From positions 24,958-88,957 of the forward strand of contig CAZESS010000002.1 in assembly GCA_964514975.1 (NCBI GenBank): 64,000 bases of DNA. The letters are read 5' to 3'. How positions within the stretch are numbered: position 1 is the stretch's first letter; every line of letters begins with the position of its first letter. The stretch comes from an uncultured Thermoplasmatales archaeon (GTDB taxonomy: Archaea > Thermoplasmatota > E2 > UBA202 > DSCA01). The notes below the pieces were generated by a model, which was not told the origin of the DNA, did no database searches, and saw only the letters and a list, made by a program, of their open reading frames with translations. The position numbers and the translations under genes were made by a program. Positions 57,141 to 64,000 of the stretch are shown piece by piece.

Positions 57141-58628
57141 ATGAAGCCAGAGACGGCGCTGGTAAGCGTCTACGACAAGACAGGTATCGTGGATTTTTGT
57201 TCCGCACTCAATACATCCGGTGTCTCCATCGTTTCAACGGGTGGCACTGCCGACGTGCTTGCCGACAGAGGAATCGAGGTGATTCCAATAGAAGAAATCA
57301 CCGGCTTCACGGGTCTCCTGGACGGTCGGGTGAAAACGCTGCACACAGACATCTATGCCGGCATCCTGGCCCGGCGTGACAGCAATGACATGGACATGCT
57401 CAGGGAGCAAGACATCAAACCCGTCGACATGGTGGTCTGCAATTTTTATGACCCCTCGCTCGGGCTTGAAAAGATGGACATCGGGGGGCCCTGCATGGTC
57501 CGGGCGGCAGCGAAAAACTGGCGGGATGTCGCAGTGGTGTCGCATCCATCACAGTACAGCCGGGTTGCCGACGCGCTCCCCGACCTTGACGAGAAACTTC
57601 GGATGGAACTCGCCCACGAGGCCGTCCGGCGTACCGCATACTACGATGCATCAATCGCCGGGCAGAGCGATAGCAATGACTTCCCGGAGCTGCTCGTCCC
57701 CCCATTCTATCTCGAAAAAACCCTTCGCTACGGGGAAAACCCGCACCAGCGCGGCGCGTTCTACCGCGGCGCCATCGGGGAGCCCTGTGTCGCGAGCGCG
57801 GTGAAACTACAGGGAAAGGAAATATCCTACAACAACATCCTGGACGCCAACGACGCCATCGAATGCGTGAAGGAATTCGAGGAGCCGACCGTGGTTATCA
57901 TGAAGCATGCGACACCATCCGGCGTTGCGTCATCACCGAGCCTTTCCGATGCATGGGATGCAGCCTATGCCACCGACGAGTACTCGCCTTTCGGCGGCGT
58001 GGTGGCCGTCAACCGGGACGTCGACCGCGCGCTCGCTGAAAAAATGACCCAGATTTTCCTCGAGGTCATCATCGCCCCTGGCTATACGGAGGCCGCCCGG
58101 GAGATACTTGAGCAAAAGGAAAAGCTCCGTCTGCTCGAGATAGAGGGGCTCGACTGCGTGGAGCGCCACCCCTCGTTTATGGTGCGGAGCGTGGGCGGCG
58201 GCCTGCTCGTCCAGGACCGGGACATCAAGCCGTTCGACCCTGGTGAATGGCGGGTGATGACCGAGAAGGAGCCCACGCCCGATGACATCGAGACCCTGGC
58301 GTTCGCGGCGAAATGCGTCAAGCATGTCAAGTCGAACGCGATCGTGTTCGCCAAGGGCACCCATACCGTGGCTATCGGTGGCGGGCAGACATCCCGGGTC
58401 GATGCAAGCTGGATAGCCACCAAAAAAGGCGGCGCAAACGTCAAGGGGGCAGTGATGGCGTCGGATGCGTTTTTCCCGTTTCGTGATGCAGTCGACGTGG
58501 CCGCGAAAGCGGGCATCCGAGCCATCGTGCAGCCCGGCGGGTCAATCCGCGACGGCGAGGTCATCGAGGCAGCCGACGAACACGACATCCCGATGGTGTT
58601 CACCGACCGCCGGTATTTCCTGCATTGA
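57141..58628 (+). CDS. purH: bifunctional AICAR transformylase/IMP cyclohydrolase
   Basis: MGS-like N-domain 'ALVSVYDKTG...STGGT', 'GGPCMVRAAAKN'; C-terminal AICARFT domain; start set at MKPETALV. Confidence 0.85.
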   Translation: MKPETALVSVYDKTGIVDFCSALNTSGVSIVSTGGTADVLADRGIEVIPIEEITGFTGLLDGRVKTLHTDIYAGILARRDSNDMDMLREQDIKPVDMVVCNFYDPSLGLEKMDIGGPCMVRAAAKNWRDVAVVSHPSQYSRVADALPDLDEKLRMELAHEAVRRTAYYDASIAGQSDSNDFPELLVPPFYLEKTLRYGENPHQRGAFYRGAIGEPCVASAVKLQGKEISYNNILDANDAIECVKEFEEPTVVIMKHATPSGVASSPSLSDAWDAAYATDEYSPFGGVVAVNRDVDRALAEKMTQIFLEVIIAPGYTEAAREILEQKEKLRLLEIEGLDCVERHPSFMVRSVGGGLLVQDRDIKPFDPGEWRVMTEKEPTPDDIETLAFAAKCVKHVKSNAIVFAKGTHTVAIGGGQTSRVDASWIATKKGGANVKGAVMASDAFFPFRDAVDVAAKAGIRAIVQPGGSIRDGEVIEAADEHDIPMVFTDRRYFLH

Positions 58629-58631
58629 ACG

Positions 58632-59105
58632 CTACGGTTTCGACGGCGCCGCGAGAAGCTCATGGATTAACGCGGTAGCTTGCTCTATCCCCCGCTGCAC
58701 CTCGGGGCTCATGTCGCCGTGGCCGAACTGCTTGCATGACACGCCGATGAAATGCAGCTCTTCTGGAAAGCATGACATTACCTTTTCCAGGATTCTGAGT
58801 CCCTCGCCAACGCCGAGCATGTGCGCATCGGTCGCAACGTCGGTGAGCCCCGAGAACACCTCCTCGTCCGCGAAATGAACGACCGCTCCGGCTGGCAGCT
58901 CCTGTGCATAGACGGCATCCACGACGATGACCCGCTGTTCATCCCGGTAGGCATTGCTGAAGCGGAAGATGTCGGTGCCCAGATAGACGAGGCGAGCGTC
59001 GACCGTTCCCCGCAATGCCTCATGGACGCACAGTCCGACGGCGTCCTCGCCTGCCAGGGTGCTCCCCAGCGTGACCACTAAAGCCTGGTGACGTGGACAC
59101 TGCAT
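58632..59105 (-). CDS. hydrogenase maturation endopeptidase (HycI/FrhD-like)
   Basis: 157 aa; 'ALVVTLGSTLAGEDAVG', 'VYLGTDIF', 'VIVVDAV', 'HMLG' pattern. Confidence 0.65.
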   Translation of the reverse strand: MQCPRHQALVVTLGSTLAGEDAVGLCVHEALRGTVDARLVYLGTDIFRFSNAYRDEQRVIVVDAVYAQELPAGAVVHFADEEVFSGLTDVATDAHMLGVGEGLRILEKVMSCFPEELHFIGVSCKQFGHGDMSPEVQRGIEQATALIHELLAAPSKP

Positions 59106-60361
59106 GATATGCAGGGGTCATAGGCACGGGACACCATTTCGAGCTTGCCGGCGATGGTTTGCTCGTCCCGGCAGCCGTTCTGCCAGAGCCCGGTTGCCAT
59201 GTCCCCGATGTCGACCTCCAGCATGGGCAAAAACATCGCCGTGGGCGTGATGACATCCGCCTCGACAACCCGGTCGTCCTCGATGCCGATGGAATAGATG
59301 AGCAGCCCCCGGGGTGCCTCGGTCACCGCAACACCCTCGCCGCTGCTCCTCGACGGCTCCGCCGGCTGCTCCTGCTCCGGCTCGCCGATTTCATCGATGA
59401 GATCCCTAATGCGCTCCAAAAAGGAGACCATCTCGATGGCCTGCGCGTAGTTGTTGGCAAACGGGTTGTCCGGGGTCAAAAACGCGCTGTGCTGCTCCAT
59501 GAGCTCCCGAGCGCGGCCGGTGAGCAGGTCGCCGTTATTGGCCAGACGGGAGAGCGCGCCGACCATGAACGGCTCGTCCTTGTAGCTCCCGCGCTTCGCG
59601 AACGAGTAGGGGGCGACGTGTTCCTGCAGATGGTAGATGTAGTCCTCCACATGGAACGAGTCATCGTCGGATGACATGATCTCGGTGCCGTATACGCCGT
59701 AATGGTCGGGGCAGGTGATGGAGAGATGCCGGCGCGGGCTGTCCACGTAGGAGGGATACTCGTATTCGGTGAAAAAGTCAACGGCTCGCTCGGCGGTGGC
59801 GATGCCCTGCTCGGCCATGTCCCGGATGCCCTGCATTTTGTTCCAGCCGGGCAGCTTTCCGAAGCCGCCGACCAGGGCGCTCTCGGGATGAATGGAACGG
59901 CTGCCGAGCGAGGACTGTATCTCGGCGCCGATGTCCTTGAGGTATATGCCGTCCTTGACGAGGCTGCTCTGCTGCTCCGCGACCGCAAACGCGTCCGGGT
60001 AGCCCAGGTAGTCGGGGATGACGAGCAGGTAGAGATGGAGCGCATGGCTTTCGATGATGTTGCCGAGATAGAGCAGCTCGCGCAGCAGCCTGGTCTGCTC
60101 CGATGGCTCAACGTCGAGGGCCTGTTCGACGGCCTCGATGGGCGTGAGCTTGTGGGGGGTGCTGCAGAACGAGCAGATGCGCGGGAAGATGGCGACGGCG
60201 TCGCGCCAGTGCTTGTTTTTGGTGATGGTTTCGAAGAAGCGTGGCCCCTCGGTGACCGTGAGCTTTGCCTCGACACCTTCGTCGCTGACGTCCACATCGA
60301 TGCCTGCCTTGCCCTCGATACGAGCGATGTGGTCAACCGTGATTTCCTGGGATATTTTCAT
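59078..60361 (-). CDS. hydA: [NiFe]-hydrogenase large (alpha) subunit, group 3 (sulfhydrogenase-like)
   Basis: N-terminal 'RICSFCSTPH' and C-terminal 'DPCISCSVH' Ni-Fe ligand motifs; 427 aa. Confidence 0.8.
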   Translation of the reverse strand: MKISQEITVDHIARIEGKAGIDVDVSDEGVEAKLTVTEGPRFFETITKNKHWRDAVAIFPRICSFCSTPHKLTPIEAVEQALDVEPSEQTRLLRELLYLGNIIESHALHLYLLVIPDYLGYPDAFAVAEQQSSLVKDGIYLKDIGAEIQSSLGSRSIHPESALVGGFGKLPGWNKMQGIRDMAEQGIATAERAVDFFTEYEYPSYVDSPRRHLSITCPDHYGVYGTEIMSSDDDSFHVEDYIYHLQEHVAPYSFAKRGSYKDEPFMVGALSRLANNGDLLTGRARELMEQHSAFLTPDNPFANNYAQAIEMVSFLERIRDLIDEIGEPEQEQPAEPSRSSGEGVAVTEAPRGLLIYSIGIEDDRVVEADVITPTAMFLPMLEVDIGDMATGLWQNGCRDEQTIAGKLEMVSRAYDPCISCSVHVTRL

Positions 60362-61143
60362 TGTTCCTCCTCATAGATGTCGTCGAGTATCTCCTGCATG
60401 CGGGGATGCCTCGCAGAGAATATGGCCATGCGTTTCTGGACGCTGTCGCGGTCCATGCCCTTTTCCCTGAACGTTTTAGCGAGGGAGTCGAACCATGCCG
60501 TGTCATGGGGCACGGCGCCGCGGCAGCCGATGCATGGCACGTCGTAGGATATGCAGCGGGCGTTGCATCCCGCAACCGTCACGGGACCGAGACAGGGCTC
60601 GCCCCGCTCGATCAGGATGCAGGGATTGCCGGCCCGGCGGCATTCCGCGCAGACCGGGTAGTCTTTTTCCTCCGGCCAGGTGCCCATGGCGAGCGTCGCC
60701 AGGTAGTACATAATCTCGGGCTCCTCGGGCGGGCAGCCGGGCAGCCGGTAATCGACCTCGATAACGGAGTCGATGGGACGGGCGACGCAGCCCTCGTAGT
60801 CCATCTTGCTGTCGCCGTACACGTCCCGAAATGCCTCCTGGTAGCTGATACCCTCGTCGGTGAGGATGGCCTGTACGCCGCCGTGTATGGCGCATGAGCC
60901 GACCGCGATGACGACGCCGGCGTTGTCGCGTATCTGCCGGAGTTCCTGCTCGTCCATCTCGGTGCTCACGCTGCCCTCGACGAACGCCACGTCAACCGGC
61001 GAGATGTCGCCCCTGCTGGACAGCATGTAAAAATATTCGATGTCGAACCTGCCGACGACGTCGAGGATGCGCCGGACGACGGCAAGGCTGAGCTGGCATC
61101 CGTAGCAGGAGGTCAAGCCGTGTACGCCTATTTTCATGGTCAT
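60358..61143 (-). CDS. hydD: [NiFe]-hydrogenase small (delta) subunit
   Basis: 'MTMKIGVHGLTSCYGCQLSLA' proximal-cluster motif; additional Cys clusters 'CAECRRAGNPCI', 'GCNARCISYDVPCIGCRG'. Confidence 0.75.
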   Translation of the reverse strand: MTMKIGVHGLTSCYGCQLSLAVVRRILDVVGRFDIEYFYMLSSRGDISPVDVAFVEGSVSTEMDEQELRQIRDNAGVVIAVGSCAIHGGVQAILTDEGISYQEAFRDVYGDSKMDYEGCVARPIDSVIEVDYRLPGCPPEEPEIMYYLATLAMGTWPEEKDYPVCAECRRAGNPCILIERGEPCLGPVTVAGCNARCISYDVPCIGCRGAVPHDTAWFDSLAKTFREKGMDRDSVQKRMAIFSARHPRMQEILDDIYEEEQ

Positions 61144-61148
61144 GGTAT

Positions 61149-62036
61149 CTATATCAGATTCGGAGTCGAGATGATGTCATAGTAGCCGAAGACGGGCCCG
61201 TCGATGCAGATGTACTCCAGGAAGGTCGACGAGCCGGCGATGCAGTGCCCGCATTTGCCGACGCCACATTTCATCCGCCGCTCAAGGGTCACATAGATGT
61301 TCCGTGGGTCATAGCCCGCCTCGATGACCTTTTCGAACACGCTCCGGTAGGCCTGCGGGGGTCCGCAGACCACAACGTAGGCGTCATCGGGGTCGGTGTT
61401 CGCATCCTCGACATGATGCTGCGCTCTCCCCGTGCGACCCGGCCATTCCGGGTCCCGGGTGACGGTCTGCAGGATGTTGATGTTCTCCGCCTCGGCGATG
61501 TCCCGCATGGCCTCGAGCTCCTTCCGGAACAGCAGCTTGTGTCCGTAGCGGGCGCTGTTGATGACGGTGATGTTGCCGAACTTCCACCGGTTGTCCATCG
61601 CGTGCAAAAAGACGGAGCGGAGCGGCACCATGCCAATGCCCGCGGCGATGAGCAGCAGATCGTGGTTTTCGAACCTGTCCATGTTGAACCCGTTGCCGTA
61701 GGGGCCACGGATCCCCATGTAGTCGCCGGGCTCCATCTGATGGATGACCTCGGTGACCTTGCCCGCGCGCTTGATGCACAGCTCGAAAAACCCGCGGCGC
61801 ATGGGCGATGAGCACACCGAGATGGGTATCTCGCCGACCCCGGGGATGGACACCTGGACGAACTGCCCCGGTGTAAACGTCCATTCCTCGGCGATGTCGG
61901 AGTCCTCAAAGCGCAGGAGAAAGAGCTTGTCCTCGTCGGTCATCTCGTATACCCGGAGGATGCGGCACTTGTACAGGTCATATATGTTTTTGTCTGGGGT
62001 GGTTTCATTGCTCATAGATTTCCTCCGCGATACCAC
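61149..62036 (-). CDS. hydG: sulfhydrogenase gamma-like subunit (FAD/NAD(P)-binding FNR fold with C-terminal 2Fe-2S)
   Basis: 'FTPGQFVQV' (RxYS-like FAD site), '[10 protein letters not shown]', C-terminal 'CGVGKCGHC'. Confidence 0.7.
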   Translation of the reverse strand: MVSRRKSMSNETTPDKNIYDLYKCRILRVYEMTDEDKLFLLRFEDSDIAEEWTFTPGQFVQVSIPGVGEIPISVCSSPMRRGFFELCIKRAGKVTEVIHQMEPGDYMGIRGPYGNGFNMDRFENHDLLLIAAGIGMVPLRSVFLHAMDNRWKFGNITVINSARYGHKLLFRKELEAMRDIAEAENINILQTVTRDPEWPGRTGRAQHHVEDANTDPDDAYVVVCGPPQAYRSVFEKVIEAGYDPRNIYVTLERRMKCGVGKCGHCIAGSSTFLEYICIDGPVFGYYDIISTPNLI

Positions 62037-63042
62037 GGATTTTCATGAGATTGTCAAGGAAGTCGATGTCTGCCGGGCAGAAATAGGTACAGTTGCCGCA
62101 GCCGACGCAGTAGCTCGTTCCCAGGGGATGGAAATACGCGTTTTTGCAGACATATCGGTTGATAAACCGGTCTTTTTTCGTCTCGCGGAAGTTGTGTCCC
62201 CCTGCAACGAGCCCATGGCTCCGGAACTGGCAGGAGTCCCAGAAGCGTATCCGGCTGCCATGCCGACCGTCGATGTCGGGGATGTCCTGGACCTCGTAGC
62301 ACCTGCACGTCGGGCAGGTCATGGTGCAGTTCCCGCAGCCGAGGCATTTTTTGCTTTCCTCGTCCCAGAGCGGGTGGTCCTTGGTGAGCTCGAGCATGTA
62401 TCGCAGGTTGTCGAAGCTGCCCTGATATTGGAACAGCTCATGTCGCTTCCGCTCGAACTGCTTGAAATGCTTGATGTCCTCGTCTGTCACCTCGACGAAC
62501 AGACCCGGGTTTTCATCGACGATTTTATGTCCCTTTTCGCTGCCCACCCGTATCAGGTAGCCGTCGGGGAGCTCATGCAGAAACAGGTCGAACCCCACGT
62601 CGACGAAATCCGTCCGGCGCAGGTTGCAGAAACAGTATTCGTCGGGCAGGCAGCTCAGGCCGACGATGATGCCCGCGTCACGCCGCATGCCATAGTATTT
62701 GTCCGGGTATTCGTTCAGGTAGACGCCGTCGAGAATGCGCAGCCCGACGATGCTGCACGCATGCAGGCCGAAGAGCACGAACGGTCGTACGTCGTCGAGC
62801 GTTTCCTCATATTCGCTGGATTCCATGTCATACGTGAACATTTGCTGCTCGGTCGGGATGAAATATTTTTTTGCCGGGGTGACCGTCCGGGTGTAGTCAA
62901 AGGCGACGTCGTCGACATCATCTATCTCCCGGTAGTCATAGAACTCCTCCGATATCTGGACAGGTGCATACAGCTCGCCGTAGGCAGACAGTTGCTCTAA
63001 AAAATCGTTGACCCGGCTGTTTTCCAGCTTGAGGTATCTCAT
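62005..63042 (-). CDS. hydB: sulfhydrogenase beta-like subunit (4Fe-4S)
   Basis: '[17 protein letters not shown]' and '[17 protein letters not shown]' ferredoxin-type clusters; overlaps hydG by 32 nt. Confidence 0.7.
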   Translation of the reverse strand: MRYLKLENSRVNDFLEQLSAYGELYAPVQISEEFYDYREIDDVDDVAFDYTRTVTPAKKYFIPTEQQMFTYDMESSEYEETLDDVRPFVLFGLHACSIVGLRILDGVYLNEYPDKYYGMRRDAGIIVGLSCLPDEYCFCNLRRTDFVDVGFDLFLHELPDGYLIRVGSEKGHKIVDENPGLFVEVTDEDIKHFKQFERKRHELFQYQGSFDNLRYMLELTKDHPLWDEESKKCLGCGNCTMTCPTCRCYEVQDIPDIDGRHGSRIRFWDSCQFRSHGLVAGGHNFRETKKDRFINRYVCKNAYFHPLGTSYCVGCGNCTYFCPADIDFLDNLMKIRGIAEEIYEQ

Positions 63043-63115
63043 TTCGGCTGGGTATTTGGATACACATATATATGGGTTGTGGACATCATCCCGGAAATGA
63101 AAACGTATTTAACCC

Positions 63116-64000
63116 GTGTCAGGGATTGCATCCGTGAACGAAAACGACAGCTACACCGTAGCAATTATCGGCGCCGGACCGGCCGGGCTGTTCGCCGCAC
63201 ACGAGCTCGCAGAACGAGGTATCACCGACGTCGTGGTCATCGACAAGGGAAAAAACATCGCCCGCCGGCGGTGCCCGATGAAACAGTACACCAAATGCTT
63301 CAAATGCGACCCCTGCGCAATCCTGTGCGGGCTCGGGGGCGCCGGCGGACTCTCCGACGGCAAGCTCAACCTCCGCGCCGACGTCGGCGGCAACCTGTAC
63401 GAGTTCACCGACGACGCGGACATGCTGGTCGAACGCATCGACGAAATATTTCTGGAACACGGCGCACCCGACGAGTGCTACGGACACGACCTCGACGAGC
63501 TGGAAAAAACGGCGTCGCAGCACGGCATCCGGTTTGTGCCGATCCCGCAGCGGCACATCGGCTCTGACCGCCTGCCCCGGGTGATATCCTCCCTGCATGA
63601 GACACTGGAGGCGGCAGGCATCACGTTTCTCCTCGAAACAGAGGTGCAGCACATCGAGCGGGACGACGGCTTCCAGGTCATGCTGGAAAATGGCGTCATC
63701 GAGGCATCATATGTCATCGCGGCCGTTGGACGCTCCGGAGCTGCCTGGCTGAGCATGCAGGCCGAACGGCACGGCATCGCGACACGTCACGCCCCCATCG
63801 ACATCGGCGTCCGGGTCGAGGTGCCGGCGATGGTAATGGAGGACATCGTGGCCCGCGCATGGGACCCCAAGTTCCACATTTACACCTCGACCTATGACGA
63901 CTTCGTCCGCACCTTCTGCGTCTGCCCCCGGGGCTTCGTGGTGATGGAGGACTACGGCGAATACGTGTCGGTGAACGGCCACTCGGCCATCGACAGTACC
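63116..64000 (+). CDS. FAD-dependent oxidoreductase (COG2509-like, with Cys-rich insert), 3'-truncated by window edge
   Basis: GTG start (63116 or 63134; in-frame TAA at 63110); 'VAIIGAGPAGLFAAHELAERG' Rossmann motif; 'RRCPMKQYTKCFKCDPCAILCGLGGAGGLSDGKL'. Not in ORF track (no stop in window; non-ATG start). Confidence 0.6.
   Translation, partial: MSGIASVNENDSYTVAIIGAGPAGLFAAHELAERGITDVVVIDKGKNIARRRCPMKQYTKCFKCDPCAILCGLGGAGGLSDGKLNLRADVGGNLYEFTDDADMLVERIDEIFLEHGAPDECYGHDLDELEKTASQHGIRFVPIPQRHIGSDRLPRVISSLHETLEAAGITFLLETEVQHIERDDGFQVMLENGVIEASYVIAAVGRSGAAWLSMQAERHGIATRHAPIDIGVRVEVPAMVMEDIVARAWDPKFHIYTSTYDDFVRTFCVCPRGFVVMEDYGEYVSVNGHSAIDST

Noticed and set aside
63079-63567. 162-aa Arg-rich plus-strand ORF at the window end
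   Set aside because: Wrong frame. The adjacent frame (GTG start 63116/63134) encodes an FAD-binding protein with a clean GxGxxG motif and runs to the window edge.

Overview
This 64-kb window is a GC-rich (about 60-65% over most of its length) archaeal chromosomal segment, most likely euryarchaeal. It contains archaeal Lhr helicase and MPE phosphoesterase, aIF-5A, LSm and L37e, RNase P Pop5, GatD, diphthine synthase, aTrm56, archaeal ProRS, two PGF-CTERM (archaeosortase A) secreted proteins, a four-subunit group 3b (sulfhydrogenase-like) NiFe hydrogenase operon, and intron-containing tRNA-Glu. Housekeeping genes (leuCD, purF, purH, thiC, rpiA, rpe, pdxT, mtnP, mntP) are interrupted by two sharply AT-rich islands (1-3800 and 22130-24140) and an integrated AbiE-like toxin-antitoxin module. 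Island 1 encodes a P-loop/Cys4-cluster helicase-like protein, a small membrane protein, a PD-(D/E)xK nuclease bracketed by 84-bp direct repeats, and an RHH regulator; it is the best candidate for an undescribed defence-type system here. Island 2 holds a BglII/BamHI-fold endonuclease-like gene with a wHTH partner but no methyltransferase, next to a TIM-barrel gene split at an A9 tract. Other oddities are a metallophosphoesterase gene fragment duplicated from the Lhr-MPE locus, a 2TM gene with an in-frame TAG, a frameshifted response regulator, a Trm56-HD fusion and an EamA-like transporter fused to an Lrp C-domain. No CRISPR array was seen. All calls come from reading translations and motifs by eye; no database search was possible.
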